Shown one piece after another: positions 17,106 to 28,400 of a stretch of 64,000 nt of DNA. The position numbers and the translations under genes are program-made. The DNA is taken from NCBI GenBank assembly GCA_964421085.1, contig CAYQVO010000014.1, positions 3,146 to 67,145 on the forward strand. Reading direction: 5' to 3'. A model generated the notes under the pieces. The model was not told where the DNA came from, ran no database searches, and saw only the letters and a list, made by a program, of their open reading frames with translations. Each line of letters starts with the position of its first letter. Within the stretch, counting starts at the first letter, position 1. Source of the stretch: an uncultured Bdellovibrionales bacterium (GTDB lineage: Bacteria; Bdellovibrionota_C; UBA2361; CAYQVO01).

Positions 17106-18317
17106 CTAATGCGCGCTCTTGCTTGTTCCATCTCCCTCGAACCTGCTCATGCAGTCCGGGACATTCTCGAACAGAACGTATTCGCCGGGCAGAACATCAA
17201 CGCCGTTGAACAGGCGCTGGGCACTGTTTCTTACGATGGTGATGTTATTGAAGAAAAGACCGATGGTTTCAGCTGAAAGATAATCGCCTTTGGTCAGCGA
17301 CCGGGCGCGGCAGTCCTTCACCTTCGTCGGGCGGTAAAGGTGCACGCGGGGCCCGATGTAGTTATTCGATCCGACGTCGATGCCTGCTCCGATCTGCGTG
17401 TAAGCTCCGATATAATTGTTGTCGCCCACTGAAGCTACGCGAATTTCCCCGGTGGAGAGAACACCCTCGAGACTGGCAAACGCGCCGAAATGATTCCCGT
17501 TCCCCATCTGGGCACAACTCCCGATTGAAACATGAGAATCAATGAAATTCCCGCTTCCCACCCATGTGCCCGTATCTATGAACACGTACGAAAGGAGAGT
17601 GTTCCCCTTCCCTATATGGACACCGTCCCGGACAAATGCGCCCGCGGTGATCTGATTGCCGTCTCTCAGAAGTTGATCGGCGCGATGACTGAGCAGGCTC
17701 GGCAGGCGGTCGATAGCTGCCGCTGAAAGAACACCGCCGTCTTCCGAACCCTCGCTGCTTATCATCTGAAATAGTGGATTCTGCCCGCTCTCATCAAGAG
17801 AGTGCCCTGATGCCGTGAATTTCCGGAGTGGAAGCCCGGAGATGCAGTCGCAAAGGAGCTGACGCGCAAAAATATCGGACGCCCGTAGTGCACCGTCGTT
17901 GAAGAGCTCGAAAACGATCGAACTTTTGAACGCGTTATAATCCCCTTTGCGTTTCGGTTCCGGGCAGTTGCGGAACAGGAGCGTGCAGTTAATCCCGTCG
18001 ATACCTGACGCTTCCCATGATTTGAAGAAGGGGCGCATTCCCGGCGAGGCGGTTCCGGCGATGGCACGCACTGCATCGGGGTCCAGGATAAACTGGGAGA
18101 CGCCGTTCTCAGGGACACGCTCGAATCCTTTATGACCCAGCACCGTGTCGCACAACCGGCGTTCACCCTCGTGGGAGACGCAGGCAGCGCGTGAAAGAAG
18201 CTGGCCGGACCGGAACTCGAGCACCAGAAGCAGAAGTTCCTCTGGAAAACCTTCAGCTCTCTTTTCGGCGCGCTCACTCGAAGTCCGCATGTTCCTTATC
18301 TCTCCTTCATCAAACAT
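17106..18317 (-). CDS. Hexapeptide-repeat (left-handed beta-helix) acyltransferase, DapD-like, with a ~200-aa N-terminal domain of unknown function
   Basis: 403-aa ORF. The C-terminal half has repeated hexapeptide turns (GVHIGKGNTLLSYVFIDTGTWVGSGNFIDSHVSIGSCAQMGNGNHFG...VGDNNYIGAYTQIGAGIDVGSNNYIG). Confidence 0.5.
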   Translation of the reverse strand: MFDEGEIRNMRTSSERAEKRAEGFPEELLLLVLEFRSGQLLSRAACVSHEGERRLCDTVLGHKGFERVPENGVSQFILDPDAVRAIAGTASPGMRPFFKSWEASGIDGINCTLLFRNCPEPKRKGDYNAFKSSIVFELFNDGALRASDIFARQLLCDCISGLPLRKFTASGHSLDESGQNPLFQMISSEGSEDGGVLSAAAIDRLPSLLSHRADQLLRDGNQITAGAFVRDGVHIGKGNTLLSYVFIDTGTWVGSGNFIDSHVSIGSCAQMGNGNHFGAFASLEGVLSTGEIRVASVGDNNYIGAYTQIGAGIDVGSNNYIGPRVHLYRPTKVKDCRARSLTKGDYLSAETIGLFFNNITIVRNSAQRLFNGVDVLPGEYVLFENVPDCMSRFEGDGTSKSAH

Positions 18318-18625
18318 CCGATGGTCAAGCGCCTGCCATAGCCGTGATCATACTGCTGGTGAGAACATCGCTATATTGATTAACAGGTGCCTGACTGGTT
18401 GACTGCCGGGAGTTTACAATGCCTGCGCGCCTTTCTCAAACGCATATGCGCTTTTCTTCGGCAGATTAAGGAGCTACTATTACTCGCGAATTCAAAGCTG
18501 AATTCGACCGTTGGAAATACTTGAATCGTCAGGTACTCTATTCACACAGTGTGGCAGTATCATTGGATTTTTCGGCAATCCAGTGTAAGCTACGCGTTCT
18601 TGTTCGTATCATTTAGTGAGGAGCC

Positions 18626-20707
18626 ATGCCTTCGTATTCGACTGCAGACATTCGGAACATCGTCCTGGTTGGTCATGCCGGGTCGGGAAAAACAAGCCTT
18701 CTTGAGGCGATGCTGGTGGAAGCCGGAGTGCTTCACCAGAAGGGGTTAGTGGAATCAGGAACAACGGTCAGTGATTTCACGGACGAAGAAAAGAAAACAG
18801 GTTACAGTATATTCAGTGCGACTGCCCACTGCACTTATGACCAGCGCATGCTCAATTTCATCGATACCCCGGGCTATTCGGACTTTGTCGGGCAGTCGGC
18901 GATGGCACTGTCAGCCATCGAAACCGCGGCGGTCGTGATCAGCGCTACAGCAGGAATTGAGCCTGTCTCGCGCCGCATGATGGAGCGGAGCGCCGAGGCA
19001 GGTCTCGCCCGCATGATAATCGTAAACAAGATTGACGCAGAAAACGTCCGCCTCGAGGAACTCGTTCACAATATCAGGGAAACTTTTGGAAAGGTTTGTC
19101 TTCCTGTCAATCTTCCCGCGAAAGATCGAAGCGCCGTTATCGACTGCTTTGCCAATACCGAGGGTGAGGCGGAATTTTCCTCCGTTGCGGACGCGCATCA
19201 GCAGATTGTCGATCAGGTCGTCGAGGTGGATGAGGATCTGATGAACACATATCTCGAGCAGGGAGAAGTCGCTCCTGAGCAGCTCCAGTCGGCGATGGTC
19301 AGGGCGCTTGCGGAAGGACACCTTGTCCCCATCTGTTTCGTGAGTTCCCGTATTCACACGAATCCGCAGGTCTCAACAGGAGTGAAAGAGCTGATGAATG
19401 TTCTTGCACAGTTTGCTCCCAGCCCTGTCGACGGCGTGAAGAGGTATTTTTACAAGGGGAACGCCCCTGAGGCACCTCTTGCGTACTCTGCCGATCCGTC
19501 AGGCCACCTGCTTGCCCATGTATATTCGGTCTCTATCGATTCATTCAGCGGCAGAGTCAGCACATTCAGAGTTCATCAGGGCAGAATCGACAGCGCATCG
19601 AAGGTTTTTGTGTGCAACAGGAACGATGGAGAGGTCAAGAAAGCGCTTAAATTCGGGCATATGTTCAAGTTCCAGGGAAAGGAGCATGTGGACTGCGCCG
19701 AGGCGATTGCCGGAGACATAGTTGGTGTCGCGAGAATCGATGAAATCAGGCGCGATGGGGTTCTCCATGACAATCCTGCGGAGGAAGATGTCTACATCAG
19801 GACGCCCACGCTCCCGCAGCCGATGTACGGGCTGGCCGTGTCGACAAAAGAACGGGGGGACGAGCAGAAAATATCGGAAGCACTGACACGCGCCCTCGAG
19901 GAAGATCCTTCGCTCAAAGTGGTCCGCGACAATGTGACTCATGAGACTGTTGTCTACGGGATTGGCGAGCTTCATCTGCGGATGCTTCTCGACAGATTCC
20001 GTGCCCGGTACAAACTCGATCTCGACACCAGGACTCCGAAGATTGCGTACCGGGAGACGATTGCAGCAAAGGCGGAGAGTCACTATCGACACAAAAAGCA
20101 GACCGGCGGCGCAGGGCAGTTTGGAGAAGTGTACATGCGTGTCGAGCCCCTCCCCCGCGGGACTGGATTTGAATTTGTCGACGCGATTGTCGGAGGAGTC
20201 ATTCCGAACCAGTTCATTCCCGCCGTCGAGAAAGGAGTCAAGCAGGCGCTCGATCAGGGAGTCCTCGCAGGATTTCCCGTCCAGGACGTCCGGGTTGTGC
20301 TCCATGACGGGAAACATCATCCGGTCGATTCGAAGGAAATCGCGTTCATTACCGCCGGACGCAAAGCGTTCCAGCTTGGGTTCATGGATGCGAAGCCTCA
20401 ACTCCTCGAGCCGATCGTGAAGATTGAAGTCACAGTCCCGCAGAGCAATATGGGGGACATCAACGGTGATCTTTCGACGCGCCGAGGGCAGATTCAGGAT
20501 ACAGAGATTCTTCCCGGCAACATGGTCTCGATCAGGGCGCAGGCGCCTCTTGCCGAACTGAGCAATTATCAGAACCAGCTCAAAAGCATGACGGGCGGCC
20601 AGGGAAGCTTCACGATGGAGTTTTCGCATTACGACCCCGTTCCTGATCTTATCGCGAAACAGGTTCTCGCTCAGGCAGGACCGAGGAAGGAAGAGGAGGA
20701 GGATTAG
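18626..20707 (+). CDS. fusA: Elongation factor G-family GTPase (paralogue type, not in an str operon)
   Basis: 693-aa ORF with G1 GHAGSGKTS, G3 DTPGYSDF and G4 NKID. EF-G domains III-V are present (HRHKKQTGGAGQFGEV, GDINGDLSTRRG). The RBS GAGGAG precedes the ATG. Confidence 0.9.
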   Translation: MPSYSTADIRNIVLVGHAGSGKTSLLEAMLVEAGVLHQKGLVESGTTVSDFTDEEKKTGYSIFSATAHCTYDQRMLNFIDTPGYSDFVGQSAMALSAIETAAVVISATAGIEPVSRRMMERSAEAGLARMIIVNKIDAENVRLEELVHNIRETFGKVCLPVNLPAKDRSAVIDCFANTEGEAEFSSVADAHQQIVDQVVEVDEDLMNTYLEQGEVAPEQLQSAMVRALAEGHLVPICFVSSRIHTNPQVSTGVKELMNVLAQFAPSPVDGVKRYFYKGNAPEAPLAYSADPSGHLLAHVYSVSIDSFSGRVSTFRVHQGRIDSASKVFVCNRNDGEVKKALKFGHMFKFQGKEHVDCAEAIAGDIVGVARIDEIRRDGVLHDNPAEEDVYIRTPTLPQPMYGLAVSTKERGDEQKISEALTRALEEDPSLKVVRDNVTHETVVYGIGELHLRMLLDRFRARYKLDLDTRTPKIAYRETIAAKAESHYRHKKQTGGAGQFGEVYMRVEPLPRGTGFEFVDAIVGGVIPNQFIPAVEKGVKQALDQGVLAGFPVQDVRVVLHDGKHHPVDSKEIAFITAGRKAFQLGFMDAKPQLLEPIVKIEVTVPQSNMGDINGDLSTRRGQIQDTEILPGNMVSIRAQAPLAELSNYQNQLKSMTGGQGSFTMEFSHYDPVPDLIAKQVLAQAGPRKEEEED

Positions 20708-20858
20708 AGCGCCCTGCATAAGGTCCGGAAAAGCACATTGCTCTTGAGTAAGGCAAGGTTTTGGGGACAGGATGCTGTATCCCCGGCTGCGCTTCTCTGC
20801 TTTTCCGATTCTTTGACGAACTTTCTTTTCTGCATGAGCCGGAGCCTGTGATTCAAAC

Positions 20859-20897
20859 AGAGGCCTCTGTGAGAGAGAGTGAGCCTCTTTTTTTTTT
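20859..20897 (+). terminator. Candidate intrinsic terminator of the EF-G-like gene
   Basis: AGAGGC...GCCTCT stem, including the 12-nt palindrome CAGAGGCCTCTG, followed by a T10 run (20888-20897). Confidence 0.55.
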
Positions 20898-20968
20898 CCG
20901 GTTCTTCGGGCATGATACTGATTTCCCGAAGTTGACTGACGATAAATTTTTGAGGCTCTCATCGCAAA

Positions 20969-22615
20969 ATGTTTCTTAAGCCGCTCAAGAATCTGATCCG
21001 ATTCACTGCAGCCTCCGGGACACTTCACCTGGCATTCATTCTTCTGCTCTTCGTTTATGTATTCTACTACCTTCTTGCTGTGGAACTGCGGGTTGTCGGG
21101 AAGATCGGCTTTACGATGGACGACGTGTGGATTCATATGACTGTAGCCAGGAACTTCGTGGAGGGTGACGGTTGGGGAGTCGTCCGTGGAAGATGGGTTT
21201 CTGTTTCGACTTCCCCAGTCTGGGCACTCCTGCTCGCTGTCTTCTACTTCTTTCTTCGAGACCCTGTCGTCACCATTCTTTCAGTGTCGTTTGCGTGCGG
21301 TGCGGCAGCTCTTTCGCTCTGTTACCTGGTCACCACGCGGCTGACAGAGCGGCCGATTCTCGGATTAATTGCCGCTGTTGTGGTCATGCTCCATCCGACC
21401 CCCCTCTGGGGCTGGGTGTCCGGCATGGAGCTTCCGGGTGTGATCCTCGCCCTGTTTCTGCTTTTATACCTTTATTATTCGTGGGATCCTGAGTCAAAAA
21501 TGCGCCGTTTCGCCGTGCCTGTTGCGCTCGCTTTCGCAGCCATGACGAGGCCCGAGCTCTTTGTTCTCATCCCTATTGCCCTTCTCGATACGTTCCGCGC
21601 AATCTGGGTGAAAGGCACCAGAGAGGCGCGGTACCTCGCTGTCAGGACTTTTCTCATACAGGGTGTGGTTGTTCTTCTTGCGCTCGCCCCTTATTTCGCT
21701 TTCAACAAGGCGGTCAGCAGCCTCTGGTTTCCTACAACCTATTATGCGAAGACACGTGTCAGAGGCGTCGGTCTTTCCGCGGCCCTGCACGCTCGCGACT
21801 GGGGGGCGACGTATAGATCGCTGGTGCCTTACCCGATTAACCAGGTGCTCGAGGTTGCCAATCTTCTCACGAACAGCAATCTTATCATGATGCTTTTCCT
21901 GGTGCCCGGCGCACTGGGCTTTTGCAGGATGTTCGGTACAAAGGCAACGGCCAGAGGCGGTCTGCTTGTCGCGGCAATGTTTATCCTGCCGTATGCAATG
22001 GGAGTTACAGCTCCGGTGCGGTTGCTTTCCAATCACGCCAACCGTCACTACGTGCTTTTTCCGGTAATGGGAGCCGTGCTCAGCGCTGTCGGTCTTGATC
22101 TTCTCGTCCGGATTGGAAGACAGAGACTGCTTGCGTGTATCTGCGCATTTTTTCTCGTCATGGCTCCCTGGCGGAATGCTTACAATGCTGTGAAGCTGCT
22201 GGCGATGGACGTCGACTCGACAGAACGAATGTACAGACAGCTGGCAGAGTGGATGAAAAGCAACCTGGATCCAGAGGCGGTTCTCGCGGTAAACGACATC
22301 GGTGTAATCGCATATATCGCAGATCGGGATATCATCGACATCATGGGACTCGCAACGCCGGAAATCTGGTCGGCAATCCAGAGAAGGCCAGGTGAAAAGC
22401 TGAACATCCCTGCGCTTCGCACATATCTGCAGGAACATAAGGTGGAGTATCTCCTCGTTGCTCCTCATTATTACCCGGCTCTCACTTCCGATTCGGCTGT
22501 CTTCAAGCCTTTGATGAGATGGGAAGAGAAGTACGAGCGCGGGAGGCGGATTTCTCCCCAGGTACTGTACAAGTGTGAATGGCCTGCCGCGGGTGATGCC
22601 GGAAAATCAAGGTAA
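20969..22615 (+). CDS. Polytopic membrane protein, GT-C-like glycosyltransferase candidate
   Basis: 548-aa ORF with many TM helices. An N-terminal DDVWIH loop motif resembles the DDx-type acidic loop of GT-C enzymes. The C-terminal domain is soluble. Confidence 0.55.
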   Translation: MFLKPLKNLIRFTAASGTLHLAFILLLFVYVFYYLLAVELRVVGKIGFTMDDVWIHMTVARNFVEGDGWGVVRGRWVSVSTSPVWALLLAVFYFFLRDPVVTILSVSFACGAAALSLCYLVTTRLTERPILGLIAAVVVMLHPTPLWGWVSGMELPGVILALFLLLYLYYSWDPESKMRRFAVPVALAFAAMTRPELFVLIPIALLDTFRAIWVKGTREARYLAVRTFLIQGVVVLLALAPYFAFNKAVSSLWFPTTYYAKTRVRGVGLSAALHARDWGATYRSLVPYPINQVLEVANLLTNSNLIMMLFLVPGALGFCRMFGTKATARGGLLVAAMFILPYAMGVTAPVRLLSNHANRHYVLFPVMGAVLSAVGLDLLVRIGRQRLLACICAFFLVMAPWRNAYNAVKLLAMDVDSTERMYRQLAEWMKSNLDPEAVLAVNDIGVIAYIADRDIIDIMGLATPEIWSAIQRRPGEKLNIPALRTYLQEHKVEYLLVAPHYYPALTSDSAVFKPLMRWEEKYERGRRISPQVLYKCEWPAAGDAGKSR

Positions 22616-22623
22616 AAGAAGGA

Positions 22624-23622
22624 CTACGTCAGGAGATCCTCAATATCATCCTTTCCGCCTTCGGATGCCGGGGCAGCCGCGCGTTCCTCCGGGGTAAAAA
22701 GCTGCGGCGTCTTATGAGGGGATATATCGTCTTTCGTTCTGTTGAGGAATGAATACTTGCTGCCGTTCTCGCGTATTTCTTCCGCGCGGTTAAGAAGGTT
22801 ACGCATCTGATATTCTTCCATGGCGTATTCATCCTCGCCTTCAACCCGGGGAATTGGACACCCGAGAAGAATCGATTCCGACCAAACGGCGACCATCCGG
22901 AAATCTGTCGCCTCGCGGCTCAGCGGAGTCTCGAACTTCGCCGAAGTCGCCTGGAAGAAGGCGTTGGCGTACGATACTCCAAAACCGCACGACTGGAGCA
23001 GCATTGAACCAATCTGCCCGAGTGTGCAGCCGAGGTGTTCGAGTTCCCATTCGACGTTGTAAGGAACGGCGGATTTCTTCAGGAACTTCTTGTATTCGAT
23101 ATAAAGGCGCGGATTATTCTGGAGCACAGCGGCGAACGCAATGTGACGCATGGGGCCGACGAAAAGACTCGAGTCAAAACCGAGAGACGGAGTTGACTGC
23201 CCAAGCAGGCCTCCGATTTCGCTGCTTTCCTGGATGCGGCGCGAATGAGATTCCCACCCTTCCTTCATCAGTTTTTTTGAGAACTTGTTGAGGTAGATAA
23301 GCGCCAGAATACTCGCGACTGCTCCCGGCCCGAAGGGGCCTGTCACTCTTTCCCCGGAAAGATAATCCTGGTTCTTCACGTGCTCCCCGTAAAAGGTCAA
23401 CAGAGCGAAATAGAAGCACGCAGTGAGAGTTCTGCTTTGAAGAAGACGGAGAAGAAGATTGAGGCTCGTCGTGTCGATGCTGTGGCCGCCCTGTTCTTTA
23501 TTCTGAAGGTGATTCTGACGGAGCGACCGGATGCAGGTCTGGAAGGAAGGAGGCATTCCTCCAAATTGATCCGCAAACAGGCGGGCAGTTTCCCAGCTTT
23601 TTGGTGTGAACTCTGTCGTCAT
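22624..23622 (-). CDS. Hypothetical protein (possibly a degenerate HDOD-like signalling domain)
   Basis: 332-aa ORF. The segment EWELEHLGCTLGQIGSMLLQSCGFGVSYANAF resembles the HDOD core. Weak call. Confidence 0.35.
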   Translation of the reverse strand: MTTEFTPKSWETARLFADQFGGMPPSFQTCIRSLRQNHLQNKEQGGHSIDTTSLNLLLRLLQSRTLTACFYFALLTFYGEHVKNQDYLSGERVTGPFGPGAVASILALIYLNKFSKKLMKEGWESHSRRIQESSEIGGLLGQSTPSLGFDSSLFVGPMRHIAFAAVLQNNPRLYIEYKKFLKKSAVPYNVEWELEHLGCTLGQIGSMLLQSCGFGVSYANAFFQATSAKFETPLSREATDFRMVAVWSESILLGCPIPRVEGEDEYAMEEYQMRNLLNRAEEIRENGSKYSFLNRTKDDISPHKTPQLFTPEERAAAPASEGGKDDIEDLLT

Positions 23623-23821
23623 TTGCCGTTGTTCCTGTCAGGAAAGGTCGGTAATTCCTGCTCAGGTCTAAAGTGAAATATCGGCCCACTCCGGATACTG
23701 GCCATTCTCGGGGGTTTTCAGCAGATTCGTCAATGATCGGTTTTTTACAAACGGCAGTTGTAATCAGCTTCGGCCTGTCGCCGGGGGGAACCCGGGTGCA
23801 GGAACCTCTGCGGAAAACAGT

Positions 23822-25252
23822 TCATTTTCTTTTCTGGAGCAGATAGTTCGAAACATCGATCGCACTTCTGAAAATTTTCTGATCCCGGGTCTTCGCATCG
23901 CGGAGCTTGAAGGACAATCCTCCATCGGAGGCGTGTTCGACAAACATGATGAAAGGGTGACGGTGCCGCTCGGAGTAGACAAACTGATTTTTCAGCTTCA
24001 CCGCTTCGGGAAATACCTCCACATTGATGCCGGACTCTCTCATCAGTTCCGCCGTTCTGTACAGGTCGGATGCTGAATCGGAATGCTCCTGGAGAATAAG
24101 AACTTCCGCCGGGGTTCCTGTGTTTTCAGCAAGGCCGAGTTCCTTCAGTGCGGCAACGATGCGATCGAGACCGAACGAAGCTCCGACTCCCGGCAGATCC
24201 TCGTCGGAGAAGTTCTTTGTCAGATTGTCATACCGTCCCCCGCTGCAGATACTCCCCATGCCGGTATGAGCAGTCAGCACTGTCTCGTAAACGATGCCTG
24301 TGTAATACCCGAGGCCTCTGGCAATCGAGAAATCGAAGATATAACACCCCCTGACCGAATCGAGCCGCGAAAGGATGTTTTCCACTGTTCTCATTTCGCT
24401 TATGCCCCGGTCGAATACAGCGTTCTTTCCTTCCCAGGACCTGACCTTCTCGAGCACTTCACAGGGAGAAGCGCCTGACGACAGAGAAATAAAATTCAGA
24501 AAGCCTTCAATCTGATCAGCCGACAGGCCGACTCCATCACGCAGCTCTTCCTTGACGGCGTCAGCTCCGATCTTGTCCTTTTTGTCGATTGTCCTGAGGA
24601 CTTCAATTGTTTTGTCGTTTATTCCCAGGATCTCCATCGCTCCATTCAGAACCTTTCTGTTGTTCACCCGGATCTGGAACGCGCCGATTCCAAGAGCTTT
24701 GAGGGCAGTCGCGATAACCTGGATGATTTCCGCATCGGCTGCAGTGGATTCAGTTCCGACAAAATCAAAATCACACTGCGTAAACTCCCGGTACCTGCCG
24801 GCCTGCGGACGTTCCCCGCGGAAAACCTCTCCGATTGCGTAACGCTTGAACGGAATTCCGACCTCGCCGCGGTGCTGAACTATGAAACGCGCAAACGGGA
24901 CTGTGAGATCAAAGCGGAGAGCAACATGCCTTTCTCCCTGATCGAGCCACTTGAAAAGCTGTTTCTGAATCTCTTCGCCTGTCTGTTCCTCCCCGCCCAT
25001 TGTCTCGAGATACTCGACATGCGGAGTCTCGATTGGAACGAATCCAAATGAGTCAAAAACGCGCCGAAGAACGGCGAGCATCTTTGCTTTGATAAGAGCT
25101 TCGGATGGAAGCTTGTCATGGAACCCGCGAAGGGTTCTCGGCTCTGCTTTTTTTCCGGTTTTCACAATGGATGCAATATTGCCACCCGCTGGCGGGGTTG
25201 GCAATCCGGACGGACGGGGAGAAAAAACCTGTGCCTGAACCAGACCCGACAA
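23822..25252 (-). CDS. hisS: Histidyl-tRNA synthetase
   Basis: 476-aa ORF with RGFHD, class II motif 2 FRGERPQAGRYREFTQCDFD and the motif 3 region SGGRYDNL. It has a ~35-aa N-terminal extension, so the true start may be internal. Confidence 0.93.
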   Translation of the reverse strand: MSGLVQAQVFSPRPSGLPTPPAGGNIASIVKTGKKAEPRTLRGFHDKLPSEALIKAKMLAVLRRVFDSFGFVPIETPHVEYLETMGGEEQTGEEIQKQLFKWLDQGERHVALRFDLTVPFARFIVQHRGEVGIPFKRYAIGEVFRGERPQAGRYREFTQCDFDFVGTESTAADAEIIQVIATALKALGIGAFQIRVNNRKVLNGAMEILGINDKTIEVLRTIDKKDKIGADAVKEELRDGVGLSADQIEGFLNFISLSSGASPCEVLEKVRSWEGKNAVFDRGISEMRTVENILSRLDSVRGCYIFDFSIARGLGYYTGIVYETVLTAHTGMGSICSGGRYDNLTKNFSDEDLPGVGASFGLDRIVAALKELGLAENTGTPAEVLILQEHSDSASDLYRTAELMRESGINVEVFPEAVKLKNQFVYSERHRHPFIMFVEHASDGGLSFKLRDAKTRDQKIFRSAIDVSNYLLQKRK

Positions 25253-25434
25253 GGCAACGCACAGACAACCGGAAGTGCCGCACGTTCACCGCAGCACGCA
25301 TGTGTGAGTGTCCTCAATGAGAGGGAGAGACCTTTCTCTTCCCGATCCTTGCCTAAACTCTTGATTTCCTTTATTAATAGTATAAAGTAACTGCAGGCCC
25401 GCACGTTTCCGGGCCGGCTGACAAGAGGTGAATA

Positions 25435-28400
25435 GTGAGTGTAGAAAAGCCGTATCCAGACGTGATTCAGAATCCGGGTTTCCCTGCGATTGAAGAAAAG
25501 ATTCTGAATTTCTGGAAAGCTGAAAAGATTTTTGAAAAGAGCGTCGAGTGCAGACCCGCGGAGAAGGATGGGAAGAATTCGGAATTTGTCTTCTATGATG
25601 GACCCCCGTTTGCCAACGGGCTTCCCCATTATGGCCATCTTCTTACCGGATATGTGAAGGATCTGATTCCCCGCTACCAGACGATGCGCGGAAAGAAAGT
25701 CGAGCGGAGGTTCGGCTGGGACTGTCACGGGCTTCCGGTGGAGATGAGCTCTGAAAAGGAGCTTGGCATCTCGGGTCGTCAGCAGATTCAGGAATATGGA
25801 ATTCAGAAATTCAACGAGTATTGCGGGACCTCGGTTCTCCGGTACACGAAGGAATGGGAACAGTATGTGACCCGCCAGGCAAGATGGGTCTCGTTCGATC
25901 ATGACTATAAGACCATGGACATCTCCTATATGGAGAGCGTTATCTGGGCGTTCAAACAACTCTGGGATAAGGGGCTGGTGTATGAAGGATTTCGCGTCAT
26001 GCCTTATTCCTGGGCATGCGAAACACCCCTTTCGAATTTCGAAATCCGGATGGACAACGCCTACCGGGCCGTTCAGGATCCTGCCGTCACCATCATGTTT
26101 GAACTGGAGCCCGAACAGGGAGATCCCCTGCCCCTCAAGATGCTTGCGTGGACGACTACTCCCTGGACGCTGCCGTCAAACCTTGCTCTCGCAGTCGGGG
26201 CTCACATCGATTACGCGATAATGGAAGAAGACGGCGTCGGCTATATAATCGGCGAGGCCGTGCTTCCGAAATACGAGAAGGAATTCAAAAAAGCAAAGAA
26301 GATCGGGTCCAGAAAAGGGAGCGAATTCGCAGGACGCAGATTCAAACCACTTTTTCCGTACTTCAAGGACAGAAAGGATGCGTTCCGGATAATAACGGGC
26401 GATTTCGTGAGTCTCGAAGAAGGAACTGGTGTCGTGCACGTAGCGCCGGGCTTCGGTGAAGACGACCAGCGAATCTGCGATGCCGAAGGGATCAGCCTGG
26501 TGTGTCCTGTCGATAATAATGGCCGCTTTACTTCTGAAGTGACTGATTATTCCGGCGAGCATGTCTTCGACACAAACAAGCCGATAATCAAGCGCCTCAA
26601 AGAAGAGCGCAGGCTTGTGCGCCAGGAGATGTACACTCACAATTATCCCCACTGCTGGCGTACCGACACTCCGCTAATCTACAAGGCGGTCGAGTCCTGG
26701 TATGTGCGCGTCACGGATTTCCGCGACCGTATGGTTCAGTTGAACCAGCAGATAAACTGGATACCTACGCATATCAAAGACGGTCAGTTCGGAAAGTGGC
26801 TCGAAAACGCGCGCGACTGGCTCATAAGCCGCAACAGATTCTGGGGAGCGCCGATTCCGGTGTGGAAGAGCGATGACCCGAAATATCCGAGGATAGATGT
26901 TTATGGAAGCCTCGACGAGCTCGAACGCGACTTTGGTGTCAGGCCCACCGACCTTCACAGGCCGTTCATAGATCAGCTTGTCAGGGCGAACCCGGACGAT
27001 CCCACGGGCAAAAGCATGATGCGGCGCGTGGACGAGGTTCTCGACTGCTGGATGGAATCAGGATCGATGTCGTTTGCGCAGTTCCACTATCCGTTCGAGA
27101 ACAAGGAGTGGTTCGAGAGCCACTTCCCTGCGGATTTCATTGTGGAGTATATCGCGCAGACCCGCGGATGGTTCTATACGATGATGGTGATGGCGACGGC
27201 TCTGTTTGACAAGCCGCCGTTTTTGAACTGTGTGTGCCACGGAGTCGTTCTCGACGAAAACGGGCAGAAACTCAGCAAACGTCTCCGGAACTATCCAAGT
27301 CCCGAGGAAGTATTCGACACGCTTGGCTCCGACACTCTTCGCTGGTTCCTGATGTCGTCTGCCATTCTCAAGGGGAACAATCTTCAGATCGACCGCGAAG
27401 GGAAAGCTATTGCGGAGATTGTCCGAATAGTCCTCAATCCAATCTGGAACGCCTACTACTTCTTCACTCTTTATGCGAACACAGACGGCATCAAGGCGGA
27501 ACTGAGGACGGACTCGACCCAGCTTCTGGACAGGTACATCCTCTCGAAAACACGCGAGCTTATCGAGGACGTGACCCGTCTTCTGGATGAGTACGACATA
27601 GCCGCAGCCTGCCAGACGATTCAGGCCTTCCTCGGCGCGTTGAATAACTGGTATATCCGCAGGAGCCGCGACCGTTTCTGGAAAAGCGAAAAGGACGGTG
27701 ACAAAGTCCAGGCGTACAACACTCTTTATACTGTGCTTCACACTCTGACAAAGGTCGCAGCGCCGTTTCTTCCCCTTCTTACGGAGGAAGTATACAGAGG
27801 ACTGACAGGCGAACTGAGCGTGCATCTTTCAGACTGGCCTGATCCGGCTCTTTTCCCGCAGGAGCGGAAGCTTGTGGCTGAAATGGACAGAGTGCGTGAG
27901 ATATGCTCAGTGGCGCTTTCAATCCGGGAAGCCAACAACCTTCGAACGAGGCTTCCTCTGAAATCCCTTACCGTTGCCGGAGAGGGGCTGGAAGCTGCGC
28001 GGGATTTCGCGGAAATTATCCGGGATGAGATTAATGTCAAGGAAGTGCGGGTCGGAAGCACGATTGGAGAATACGCTGTCTTCCAGCTTGATCTGAACTT
28101 CAGGAAGCTTGGACCCCGGCTCGGTGGAAGGATGAAGGAAATCGGTGACGCAGCGCGTCAGGGTCTCTGGGAGAAAAAGGAAAACGGCATCGAAGCAGGA
28201 GGCGTTCTGCTCGAACCGGGTGAGTATACACTGAGCCTCAAGCCGAGGGAGGGATATTCAGCACAGGCTCTGGGAGACAATAAGGCGGTTGTCGTGCTCG
28301 ATATTAAGGTGACGAAGGAACTCGAAGAAGAAGGTCTCGCCAGAGATCTTGTCCGCCTCGTTCAGCAGGCCAGGAAAGAAGCCGGTCTTCATATCTCCGA

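Noticed and set aside
19541-21136. 531-aa reverse-strand ORF
   Set aside because: It is entirely antisense to the well-supported EF-G-like gene and the start of the next gene. It has no motifs and a low-complexity Arg/Leu/Ser-rich composition typical of shadow frames.
25253-25434. T-box or other aaRS leader elements upstream of hisS/ileS, and likewise upstream of argS at 36177..36297
   Set aside because: No specifier-loop or T-box consensus, and no terminator/antiterminator pair, was recognisable. The regions are short divergent promoters.
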